Shown: one piece after another, positions 19,998-29,046 of the stretch | Position numbering within the stretch: the first letter of the stretch is position 1 | Layout: every line of letters begins with the position of its first letter | Assembly (NCBI GenBank): GCA_963828165.1 | Contig: CAWHDR010000001.1 | Span: 1,952,001 to 2,016,000, forward strand | Origin: an uncultured Chloroflexia bacterium | GTDB lineage: Bacteria > Chloroflexota > Limnocylindria > Limnocylindrales > CSP1-4 | Direction: 5' to 3' | Length of the DNA: 64,000 bases | The notes under the pieces: model-generated | The model's input: only the letters and a program-made list of their open reading frames with translations | What the model was told of the DNA's origin: nothing | Database searches by the model: none | Translations under genes and position numbers: made by a program

Positions 19998-20605
19998 CCG
20001 ACGACGCGACGCAGTCGATGGAGACGCCCGAGGTTCCCCGGGCCCCGGCGTCGCCGGCCCCCGCTGCGTCAGCGGCCACGGCGGGCGACGCCGGAGACCA
20101 AACAGGCGCCGCGCCGCCGCGTGCCGACGACGACCTCGAGCTGCTGGGACTGATCGATCGGCTGGCGGCCCTCCTGGATCGCTCCGACCTGACCGAGCTG
20201 GAGGTCGAGTCGGGTGGGACCGGACTCGTCCTTCGCAAGCCCTCGGCCATCGCGCCCATCGCAAGCACCGCGCTGACGTCGGCACCGACGGCGGCCGGAC
20301 CGGAGACCGCGCCGACTGCGACGGGGGAAGCGACGACCGCCGGAGGCGACGTCGCCCCCGCGGCGAAGCCGTCGATCAAGGCGCCGCTGACCGGGATCTT
20401 CTATGCATCGCCGGCGCCGGGCTCGGCGCCGTACGTCACCGCCGGCGGGGAGGTCGCCGTCGGCCAGATCATCGGCCTGATCGAGGCGATGAAGCTCTTC
20501 AACGAGATCAAGTCGGACCTGGCAGGCCGCGTCGTCCGGGTGGTGCCGGAGAGCGGCACCCTGGTCAAGGCGAAGCAGCCGCTCATCGAGGTGGAACCGC
20601 TGTGA
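19994..20605 (+). CDS. accB: biotin carboxyl carrier protein (canonical)
   Basis: APLTGIFYASPAPG...IEAMKLFNEI, with the biotinyl-Lys motif intact. Confidence 0.93.
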   Translation: MTDDATQSMETPEVPRAPASPAPAASAATAGDAGDQTGAAPPRADDDLELLGLIDRLAALLDRSDLTELEVESGGTGLVLRKPSAIAPIASTALTSAPTAAGPETAPTATGEATTAGGDVAPAAKPSIKAPLTGIFYASPAPGSAPYVTAGGEVAVGQIIGLIEAMKLFNEIKSDLAGRVVRVVPESGTLVKAKQPLIEVEPL

Positions 20606-21807
20606 ACCAGCCCGACGCGCAGCAGCGCTACGCCCACGTCACCGGGTGGGGTCGCTACGTGCCGACGCAGGTCCTGACGAACCACGACCTCGAGCGGATG
20701 GTCGACACCAACGACGAGTGGATCGTCGCGCGCACGGGCATCCGTGAGCGACGGGTCGCCGCCGCCCACGAGACGACCGCGTCGATGGCCGCCGTTGCGT
20801 CGCTGCGGGCGATCCGGACGGCCGGGCTCGAGCCCGATGACATCGACCTCATCCTGCTCGCCACGCTCACGCCTGACTACTGGATGCCATCCACGGCCGC
20901 GCTCGTCAAGGAGGCCATCGGCAACACCACGGCCGCCGCGATGGACATCGCCGCCGCCTGCTCCGGGTTCGTCTACGCCTATGCCTCGGCGCAGGCCTAC
21001 ATCACGAGCGGGATGGCCCGCCACGTGCTCGTCATCGGCGCGGAGCTGCTGACTCGCTTCCTGGATTACACGGACCGGAGCACCTGCATCCTGTTCGGTG
21101 ACGGAGCGGGAGCGGTCGTGCTGTCGGCCAGTGAAGAGCGCGGCGGCGGTCTCGGGATCGAGATGACGACCGATCCGCAGGGCGCCTACATGATCTGGTT
21201 GCCGGCCGGCGGGGCCAAGGCGCCCCCATCCGCGGGCACGATCGCGCGCGGCGAGCACTACATCCGGATGGAGGGCAAGGAGACCTACCGGTTCGCGACG
21301 AAGACGATGGCCACGACGGCCCTGGAGAGCGTCCGCCGGTCCGGCCTGGATCCGTCCGATATCGCGCTGTTCATCCCGCACCAGGCGAACATCCGGATCG
21401 TCGAGGCGGTGGCCAAGGGCCTGGACCTGCCGATGGAGCGGATGTTCGTAAACCTCGACAAGTACGGCAATACCTCGGCCGCGTCCGTGCCGATCGCCCT
21501 GGCCGAGGCGGTCAACGAGGGTCGCGTGCAGGTCGGCGACAACGTCGTCCTCGTGGCGTTCGGGGCGGGCTTCACGAGCGGCGCCGTGACGATCCAATGG
21601 ACCACGGACCCGGCCCGGGGCATCGCCGGCGACGCCGCGGTCAACCCCGACGAGGTCACGGTCCGCTTGCCGGTCGACTGGAACTCGGTCGACCCCATCC
21701 CGGACGCGCTCGCCGCGATCATGGCCCAGCCCGGCTCGGTGGACGTGCCGCTCGACGACGTCGTCCCCGGCGAACCCGAGCCCGCCCACAAGGAGGTCCA
21801 CGCGTGA
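20602..21807 (+). CDS. fabH: beta-ketoacyl-ACP synthase III with a C-terminal extension
   Basis: RTGIRERR, AACSGF, LFGDGAGA, PHQANIRI and GNTSAAS (Cys-His-Asn triad). Confidence 0.94.
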   Translation: MNQPDAQQRYAHVTGWGRYVPTQVLTNHDLERMVDTNDEWIVARTGIRERRVAAAHETTASMAAVASLRAIRTAGLEPDDIDLILLATLTPDYWMPSTAALVKEAIGNTTAAAMDIAAACSGFVYAYASAQAYITSGMARHVLVIGAELLTRFLDYTDRSTCILFGDGAGAVVLSASEERGGGLGIEMTTDPQGAYMIWLPAGGAKAPPSAGTIARGEHYIRMEGKETYRFATKTMATTALESVRRSGLDPSDIALFIPHQANIRIVEAVAKGLDLPMERMFVNLDKYGNTSAASVPIALAEAVNEGRVQVGDNVVLVAFGAGFTSGAVTIQWTTDPARGIAGDAAVNPDEVTVRLPVDWNSVDPIPDALAAIMAQPGSVDVPLDDVVPGEPEPAHKEVHA

Positions 21808-22553
21808 TCGACCTCAGCGGCAAGTCCGCGCTCGTCACCGGCGGGTCGCGTGGTATCGGCAAGGCCATCGGGCTTCGGCTGGCGACGCAGGGGGCCGATG
21901 TCGCCTTCAGCTACAAGGGCAACGAGGCCGCTGCCCGCGAGACCGCTCGCGAGATCCAGGCGATGAAACGCAGGGCGCTCGCCGTCCAGGGCGATGTCGC
22001 GGACGTCGACTCCGCCGAGAACGTCGTGAAGTCCGCCCTCGATGCCTTCGGGAAGATCGACATCCTGGTCAACAACGCGGGTATCACCCGTGACGATCTG
22101 ATCATGCGCATGAGCCCCGAGGCGTGGCGCGAGGTCCTCGAGACGAACCTGTTCGGTGCCTTCTGGATGACGAAGGCGGTGACCCGCCCGATGCTCAAGG
22201 CCCGAGGCGGCCGGATCATCAACATCACCTCGGTGTCTGGGCAGGCAGGGCAGATGGGGCAGGCCAACTACAGCGCCGCGAAGGCCGGGCTCATCGGCCT
22301 GACGAAGGCCACGGCGCGGGAGCTTGCCTCGCGCGGCATCACGGTCAACGCCGTTGCGCCGGGGTTCGTGCTCACCGAGCTCACACAGGACCTGCCCGAT
22401 GCGCTCAAGGAGGAGATCACCTCTCGAACGCCCCTTGGGCGATTCGGGACGACCGAAGAGGTCGCGAACGCCGTCGCATTCCTCGCGTCGGACGAGGCCG
22501 CCTACATCACGGGCCAGGTGCTCGCGGTGGACGGTGGCCTCGTGATGATGTAG
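21804..22553 (+). CDS. fabG: 3-oxoacyl-ACP reductase
   Basis: TGGSRGIG, NNAGITRD, GQANYSAAK and YITGQVLAVDGG motifs. Confidence 0.95.
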   Translation: MIDLSGKSALVTGGSRGIGKAIGLRLATQGADVAFSYKGNEAAARETAREIQAMKRRALAVQGDVADVDSAENVVKSALDAFGKIDILVNNAGITRDDLIMRMSPEAWREVLETNLFGAFWMTKAVTRPMLKARGGRIINITSVSGQAGQMGQANYSAAKAGLIGLTKATARELASRGITVNAVAPGFVLTELTQDLPDALKEEITSRTPLGRFGTTEEVANAVAFLASDEAAYITGQVLAVDGGLVMM

Positions 22554-22696
22554 CTCGGGCCCGCCCCCGATCCCGCTCCGCCTCGTAGGGAACCGCGGCC
22601 CGCCCCCGACGCGTCGAACCCACCGGACCCGGTGCCGACGGTCCTATGCCAAGATGGCGCCTCCATATCGCTGTATCGAACGGAAACCACGACCCC

Positions 22697-24094
22697 TTGA
22701 CCACACGCTCCCACGCCCGCAGGACCCCGCAGGCGACCCCGTGGCGGCCCGACGAGCCGGCGCGCCGCTCGGCGTCCATCGCCACGTTCCTGTCGTTCCT
22801 GTGGCCCGGCCTGGGCCAGGGCTATGCCGGACGTCCCCGCGCCGGTGCGCTGTTCGCGCTGCCCGTGCTCGTCGTTGCGCTGATCACGTTGGTCCTCGTC
22901 CTTGACGGCGTCGGCCGTCTCGCATCCCTGGTTCTCGAACCGGCGACGGCGTTCGCGCTCATGTTCATCGTCCTCCTGCTCGGCCTGTGGCGGGTGGTGT
23001 CGATGGGTGACGCGATGAACGGGTTGCTGGGCACGGATCCCGCGGTTCGGCGTCGCGCCGTGACGACATTCGCGCTGCTGACGGTCATCGTGATCGTCGC
23101 CCATGCCTGGCTCGGCTACCTCACGTGGTCGGTCTATGACGCCGGTCAGCGGGTGTTCGCCGCGGAGGAGCCCGACGCTCGACCGTCCCTCGCACCGGGC
23201 GTCACGCCCGCCCCGATGGACGACTTCGGCTCGAAGCCGTTCGCCACCCCGGCCACGCAGAGCTCCCGGGTCAACATGCTGCTGATCGGTGTCGACTCAT
23301 CCGAGAACCGCAACACCGCGCTCACCGACACCCTCATGGTCGTGAGCGTCGATCCGGACACCGGGAAGATCGCGATGGTGAGCTTCCCGCGTGACCTTGC
23401 CGATTTCACGCTGTCGAACGGCGAGGTCTACACCTCCAAGATCAACTCCCTGATGACCCATGCCCGAAAGAATCCGGACGAGTTTCCCGACGGGCCGCTG
23501 CACACGCTCGCCACCGAGCTCGGCTACATCCTGGGCGTCCCCATCCAGTACTACACGGCCGTGGATCTCGATGGCTTCCGCAAGGTGATCGACCTCGTCG
23601 GCGGCGTGACGATCGACAACAAGCGGCAGATCAACGATCCCACCTACGACTGGCCCGACGGCCGGAAGGGATTTCAGCTGTCGCCGGGCCGCCATCACCT
23701 CGACGGAGTCACGGCGTTGGCCTTCGTCCGGACGCGCAAGGGGGTCGGGGACACGGATTTCGACCGGTCAAGACGCCAGCAGCAGGTCCTGCTCGCCCTG
23801 CGCAGCCAACTGGCACGGCCCGAGAACATCACCCGGATCCCGGAGATCACCCAGGCGGCGGGCAACGCGCTGCGCACGAACTTCCCGACCGAGCGCGTGG
23901 CCGAGTTCATCGGGCTGGCGGAGACCCTCGCCGACAGCGATGTGAGTGGGGTCGTGCTCGGGCCGCCGTACGCACTCAAGGCGACCGGTCCCGGCGTGTT
24001 CGACTACCGATTGCGCTTCGACGAGGAGCGCCTGGCGCGCAAGTCCGTGGAGCTCTTCGGCGATGACAGCCGCTACGCGGCGAGCGCGCCCTAG
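22697..24094 (+). CDS. LCP (LytR-CpsA-Psr) family glycopolymer transferase with N-terminal TMs
   Basis: NMLLIGVD, TDTLMVVS, SFPRDL, KINS, ALAFVRTR and DFDRSRRQQ motifs. The TTG start is approximate. Confidence 0.9.
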   Translation: MTTRSHARRTPQATPWRPDEPARRSASIATFLSFLWPGLGQGYAGRPRAGALFALPVLVVALITLVLVLDGVGRLASLVLEPATAFALMFIVLLLGLWRVVSMGDAMNGLLGTDPAVRRRAVTTFALLTVIVIVAHAWLGYLTWSVYDAGQRVFAAEEPDARPSLAPGVTPAPMDDFGSKPFATPATQSSRVNMLLIGVDSSENRNTALTDTLMVVSVDPDTGKIAMVSFPRDLADFTLSNGEVYTSKINSLMTHARKNPDEFPDGPLHTLATELGYILGVPIQYYTAVDLDGFRKVIDLVGGVTIDNKRQINDPTYDWPDGRKGFQLSPGRHHLDGVTALAFVRTRKGVGDTDFDRSRRQQQVLLALRSQLARPENITRIPEITQAAGNALRTNFPTERVAEFIGLAETLADSDVSGVVLGPPYALKATGPGVFDYRLRFDEERLARKSVELFGDDSRYAASAP

Positions 24095-25149
24095 CAGGTC
24101 CGGATCGAGGACTTCGGGGGATCCGGGCGATTCGGGCACTCGCAGAGCCCGGCCAGCGCCATGCCCAGCAGCGCGTGCGCATCGAAGCGCGGGACCCGTG
24201 GCGAGATCTTGAGGGTCTCGCACACCGCATTCGACCAGCGCCTGATGTCGCCACCCCAGCGCGCCGAGAAGGCGAGCGCGGCGCCCGTCCCGGACGTCTG
24301 CCACTGCGATCCCTTGCGCGCCTCCATCGACGGCGTCAGCACCATGTCGGTCGGATAGACGCCGCCGTACGTGTCCAGCGAATCGATGGCCTCCTCACGC
24401 GTCCAGGCGACCTCGAAGCCGGCGTCCCGCGCCCGCTCCGCACCCCACAGGATGTAGATGTGGTGGGCGAGGTCATTGACGATCGGCTGGCGCGCCGAGT
24501 ACGGCCAGCGCAGGCTCGCGTCATGCTGGGACGCGAGACGGACCAGGGATCCTTCGACTCGCTCGCGGAGGAACGCCGCGTCGGCCTCCGAGAGGGCGTC
24601 TCCGTGCTCGGTGAGGAACCGCGCAGCCGCCCCGGCAAGCATCCCGTTCACATTCGGCGTATCGATCGCGTCCTGGGGGGCGAGCGAGTACCAGAAGTAC
24701 CCGTCCGACCACGCCTCGCGAGCCCAGCGCATGAGGATCCGGCCGATCCGATCGGCCTCATCGGCATCGATGCCGGCCTCCAGCAGGCCGTCGATCGCGA
24801 TCGCGGTCGTGACGGCGAACGGCGTTCCAGCCTGGGTCATCGAGCCGTCGCTGAATGGATCCCACGTCCAATCCATCCCCCAGCCCGCGGGACGCTCGTC
24901 GTCCCGTAGCCAGGTGCGGGCGCGGTCCGCGGTCTCGGCGTCGCCGGCCGCAACGGCAGACTCCAGCACGAGCCCATAGGTCGTTGCGTATTCGAACTCG
25001 CCCGGACCGAAGATCGGGTCCTCGCTCGCCACCTGAACGACCGGCAACAGCTTGTCGTACGAATCAAGATCGCCGACGCGCGCGGCGACCTCGATCCCGA
25101 GCACCACGACGAGGAGCGGCGCGAGGATGACCGAGATGCGACGCATCAT
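24091..25149 (-). CDS. exported hypothetical protein, probable alpha/alpha-toroid carbohydrate-active fold
   Basis: Signal-like N-terminus; Trp-rich helical segments (GWGMDWTW, YFWYS...PNVN, WPYS...DLAHH); lies in the glycan locus. Confidence 0.6.
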   Translation of the reverse strand: MMRRISVILAPLLVVVLGIEVAARVGDLDSYDKLLPVVQVASEDPIFGPGEFEYATTYGLVLESAVAAGDAETADRARTWLRDDERPAGWGMDWTWDPFSDGSMTQAGTPFAVTTAIAIDGLLEAGIDADEADRIGRILMRWAREAWSDGYFWYSLAPQDAIDTPNVNGMLAGAAARFLTEHGDALSEADAAFLRERVEGSLVRLASQHDASLRWPYSARQPIVNDLAHHIYILWGAERARDAGFEVAWTREEAIDSLDTYGGVYPTDMVLTPSMEARKGSQWQTSGTGAALAFSARWGGDIRRWSNAVCETLKISPRVPRFDAHALLGMALAGLCECPNRPDPPKSSIRTC

Positions 25150-25166
25150 CGGGCCGCGCCGCGGGG

Positions 25167-26474
25167 TCAGGACACCTGGACCGAGGCGGGATCCCGCGGG
25201 CGCCGACCGACGCCTCGATAGCTGAGACCGGCCTCGGTCGCGACCGATGGGTCGATGAGCCCCCGGCCGTCGAAGAGGAACGGCTGGCGCATCCGCATTC
25301 GGAGCTCACCCAGCGGGAGCTGCGCGAACTGTGGCCACTCGGTTCCGATGACGACGGCGTCCGCGTCCTCGAAGACGTCCGCAGCGCTCGTGGCGATGAC
25401 GATGCCGGGAGCGGCGGTGACCGCACGGTCCGGTCGCACGGCCGGGTCGAACGCGATGACCTCGTGCCCCTCCTCGAGCAGGCGACGGGCCACGTAGAGC
25501 GCCGGGGATCCCCGCAGGTCGTCCGTGTCGGCCTTGAAGCTGAGTCCGAGCAGCCCGACCCGGGCGCCCTCGTCGGGCAGCTCGCCGAGGATGCGCCGGA
25601 CGAAGCGGTCCTGCTGCTCGACGTTGACCTGCCCGATCGCGCGGGCGACATGCATCGGGAGTCCGCGTCGCCGGCCCGCCGATGCCAGGACCTGGAGTTC
25701 CTTGGGCAGGCACGATCCGCCGAAGCCGAGGCTCGGCTTCATGTACGAGGAGCCGATACGGGGATCGAGCGCGATTCCCTCGAGGACCTGCTCGACCTCG
25801 ACGCCGTACTCCTCGGACAGGGCCGCCACCTCGTTCACGAAGCTCAGCTTCAGCGCGAGGAAGCCATTGCTGACGTTCTTGATGAGCTCGGCCGCCGCGA
25901 CATCGACATGGAGTCGGGGTGCCTCGATGGGGGCGAACACGCGCTCGAGCAGCTCGAGGTGCTCGGCCGAGGTGCTGGGGAACCGCCCGATGATGATCCG
26001 CGACGGGTGCGCGTAGTCGGCGACGGCGGAACCCTGGCGCAGGAATTCGGGATTGGTCGAGAGGCGTTCTCCGTCGGCGCGACCCATCAGGCGCGGCAGC
26101 CGGTTCGACATGCCGGGCGGCAGGGTGCTGCGAACGCAGACGTGGACGTCCGGCCAACGCTGGAGCTCGGTCGTGACGGACAGCAGCTGGGTCAGGTCCG
26201 ATTCCCCGTTGTCGGCGATCGGCGTGCCGACGGCCACGAAGACGAGGTCGGGACGCTCGACCTGGTCGAGCGAGCTGACGACGTCGATGCGGTCCCTCGC
26301 CTCCGCGAACGCCTCGGGCAGGCCCGGCTCCTCGATGGGCATGATCCCCGCCCGAAGGTCGTGCAGACGGGAAGGAGATTGCTCGACGAGCGTCACGTGA
26401 TACTGACCGATGCGGGCGAGACTGACTCCGGTGACCAGCCCGACATAGCCCGCGCCGATGACGGCGATGTGCAT
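25167..26474 (-). CDS. ugd: UDP-glucose/GDP-mannose family dehydrogenase
   Basis: IGAGYVG, VGTP, NPEFLRQG, GFGGSCLPK and GLSFKADTDDLR motifs. Confidence 0.9.
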   Translation of the reverse strand: MHIAVIGAGYVGLVTGVSLARIGQYHVTLVEQSPSRLHDLRAGIMPIEEPGLPEAFAEARDRIDVVSSLDQVERPDLVFVAVGTPIADNGESDLTQLLSVTTELQRWPDVHVCVRSTLPPGMSNRLPRLMGRADGERLSTNPEFLRQGSAVADYAHPSRIIIGRFPSTSAEHLELLERVFAPIEAPRLHVDVAAAELIKNVSNGFLALKLSFVNEVAALSEEYGVEVEQVLEGIALDPRIGSSYMKPSLGFGGSCLPKELQVLASAGRRRGLPMHVARAIGQVNVEQQDRFVRRILGELPDEGARVGLLGLSFKADTDDLRGSPALYVARRLLEEGHEVIAFDPAVRPDRAVTAAPGIVIATSAADVFEDADAVVIGTEWPQFAQLPLGELRMRMRQPFLFDGRGLIDPSVATEAGLSYRGVGRRPRDPASVQVS

Positions 26475-26527
26475 GGCCGGGAATGTACCAGACTGCCGCC
26501 TCGGGGCCGTCCGGTGACCGCTTCCGG

Positions 26528-28999
26528 TCAAGTCCCGGCGGCGGCCACGGTTTCGGCCGGGACTTCGACATCCTCCGACACGCCGGCCAGCAGCGCGCTG
26601 TACAGGTCGACGAGGCGAGCCCCCTGGGGCTCCCAGCGATAGCGCTCGAGGACCGCCTGACGTCCGCGCCGGCCCATCGCGGCGGCGCGCTCCGGGTCGG
26701 CGAGGAGCTCCTCGATGGCGTCCGCCACCGCGATCGGGTCGGTCGGATCGGCCAGCAGGCCGCAGTCGACCTCGGCCACGATCTCGCGCCAGACCGGGAA
26801 ATCGGATGCGACCACCGGCAGCTCGCTCGCCATGTACTCGAAGAGCTTCGTGGGGTACGCCTCGACGTAGTTGGCCACCGGTTGGAACAGCACCATGCCC
26901 ACCCGGGCATCGTGCAGGAGGGCCACGACCTCCGTGCGACCCAGCCGGCCAGGCAGCTCCACCAGCACGGCCGACGTCCGGCGCGTGATCGTCTCGGCCA
27001 GCTCAGGTTCGATCGGTCCCGCGAGCGTGAACCGGACATCGCGCCGTGGGGCGACGATCCTGGCCGCGTCGGCCATCACGATCGCGCCCACCTCGCGGGT
27101 CAGGCGGCCGACGTACGCGACGAGCGGCGGGCGCTCCTCGTACGGCCGTGCCGGACCCGCCGCGAACTCGCTCGCCAGGGGGAAGTTCTGGACCAGCGTC
27201 ACCTTCCCAGCGGGGAAGCGCGCTGCGATCCGGGGCGTGGCCGCGACCACGGCATCGAGCAAACGAGCCGCGCCCTGCTCCAGCGCTCCTGTGGCGAGGG
27301 CCACGGGTCGCTGCGCCCAGCCCGGGATGTACGGTTTGTAGGCGATCTGGCGGGGGAGATCCTCGTGCGCGTCGTAGATGACGCGGAGACCGAGGAGCTT
27401 GAGCAGGATGCCGAGGGGCAGGAGCTCCGGGTCGTGCAGGTGATACAGGTCGGCACGAAGGCGGCGAGCGGCGCGCAGGACGCGGACCGGCATCACGAGC
27501 ATCCGGGTAAGCCGCCCGCTCGCCTCGCCCAGCGAGACGAAGTCGACACCGACCGCCGCGGCGGGGGCGGAGCCCTGCGCGATGAGCGTGACGTCGTACC
27601 CCGCCTCGGCAAGCGTGGCGCATTCCTTGAGATAGATCCGTGGATCGTCGCTGCGGTGCACCGACGTGACGTGGGCGACACGCAGCGCGCGATCGGGCCG
27701 GCCACGCAGGCGGGCGGCGGGCATCAGCCAGATCAGAAGGAGCATCAGCACGAGCCCGTGCGTCAGCAGGGATGTCAGCAGACCCGAGTTGATGAGGCTC
27801 CACATCCCGATCCCGCCCAGGGTGACCGTCAGGAGGGCGGGTTTGCCGCGCGAGACCGTGTCCATGGCGATGAGGAACAACCCCAGGGCGACGGAGGCTC
27901 CGACGATGCCAACGAGGCCGAAGTTCGCCATGCCATCCGCCCAGACATTGCCGTTCGCATTGACCTGGGCATCATGGAAATAGCGTTCACCGATGAGCCG
28001 CGGAGGCGTCAGCTCGTACGGCCTCGGCATGAGGCTGCCCAGGATGCTGTGGGACAGGGCGTACACAGGACCCGTCGAGAACGCGTCGTAGTAGTACGCC
28101 ATGACCTGCCCCGGGACGACCAGCAGCCGCCGGACCAGGAGCGAGATGGGCGTGAACAAGCCGGCGGCCGCGACGGCGGAACAGGCGACGATCAGCAGGC
28201 TCGTGAGGATGGCGATCGTCGCCCCGAAGTCGCGCCGGACGCGGACGATCAGGGCGAGCAGCACGATCACCAGCAGAGCGATGAACAGCATGCTCCGGAA
28301 CGCCGCCGAGGCGTAGACGAGGGCCAGGATGAAGAACCCGCCCATCGCGAACCACGGGCGCCGGACCCACAAGCCGTACGCGACCAGCAGCGGAGCCACG
28401 ACCCCGCCCGTCCACCACACCGCGTAGCCGGCCAGACGGCCGGCTCCGGCCAGATCCTCCCGGAAGTCGAGCCGCGCGCCCGGGACTTCGCTCAATGACG
28501 GGATCCGCGTGGGGATGCCGAACCACCACAGGATCCCGACGACGCCGATCCCCGCCAGCCCGAGGAGGAGCCAGCCGTACGCCCTGACCGACATGCTGAC
28601 GGTCGGAAGCCGCAGGTGGACACGGCTGACGAGGACGAGCAGCACCGCGAACGCCAGGCCGAGCGTCAACCACAGCGGAAGGAGCGCCCAACCCGTGCCC
28701 AGGACGAACGGCGCGATCATGAGCGACGGGACGTACCCGCCCAGATAGAGGACCCACAGCCCGGCATCGGAGGGGCGCTCGGCCCTCGCCGGAAGCCACG
28801 GAGCGGGCGCGACCGCGAGGGCAGCGGCGAGCAGCAGCGACCCGTCCCCGGCCAGTCGGTTGACGATGCCCATGCCCGTGAAGTTCGGTGCGATGTACAG
28901 GACGTAGGCGAGCAGGAAGACGATGAGATAGATGACCGCGACGCGAAGTCGCGCGATCGATGGTGTCGTCGCGAGGGCCTTTGCGGGCACGTTGACCAT
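26528..28999 (-). CDS. Wzy-like multi-TM polymerase fused to a GT4 glycosyltransferase
   Basis: About 430-aa polytopic N-half, in frame with a GT4 domain (HVTSVH...DPRI, HLHDPEL, IYDAHE, PTKLFEYMA). Start at ATG 28999 is inferred. Confidence 0.75.
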   Translation of the reverse strand: MVNVPAKALATTPSIARLRVAVIYLIVFLLAYVLYIAPNFTGMGIVNRLAGDGSLLLAAALAVAPAPWLPARAERPSDAGLWVLYLGGYVPSLMIAPFVLGTGWALLPLWLTLGLAFAVLLVLVSRVHLRLPTVSMSVRAYGWLLLGLAGIGVVGILWWFGIPTRIPSLSEVPGARLDFREDLAGAGRLAGYAVWWTGGVVAPLLVAYGLWVRRPWFAMGGFFILALVYASAAFRSMLFIALLVIVLLALIVRVRRDFGATIAILTSLLIVACSAVAAAGLFTPISLLVRRLLVVPGQVMAYYYDAFSTGPVYALSHSILGSLMPRPYELTPPRLIGERYFHDAQVNANGNVWADGMANFGLVGIVGASVALGLFLIAMDTVSRGKPALLTVTLGGIGMWSLINSGLLTSLLTHGLVLMLLLIWLMPAARLRGRPDRALRVAHVTSVHRSDDPRIYLKECATLAEAGYDVTLIAQGSAPAAAVGVDFVSLGEASGRLTRMLVMPVRVLRAARRLRADLYHLHDPELLPLGILLKLLGLRVIYDAHEDLPRQIAYKPYIPGWAQRPVALATGALEQGAARLLDAVVAATPRIAARFPAGKVTLVQNFPLASEFAAGPARPYEERPPLVAYVGRLTREVGAIVMADAARIVAPRRDVRFTLAGPIEPELAETITRRTSAVLVELPGRLGRTEVVALLHDARVGMVLFQPVANYVEAYPTKLFEYMASELPVVASDFPVWREIVAEVDCGLLADPTDPIAVADAIEELLADPERAAAMGRRGRQAVLERYRWEPQGARLVDLYSALLAGVSEDVEVPAETVAAAGT

Positions 29000-29046
29000 C
29001 GTCCCCACGAGGCTGCGGTCGAGCGTCTTGGTCGCGATGTCGGTCC

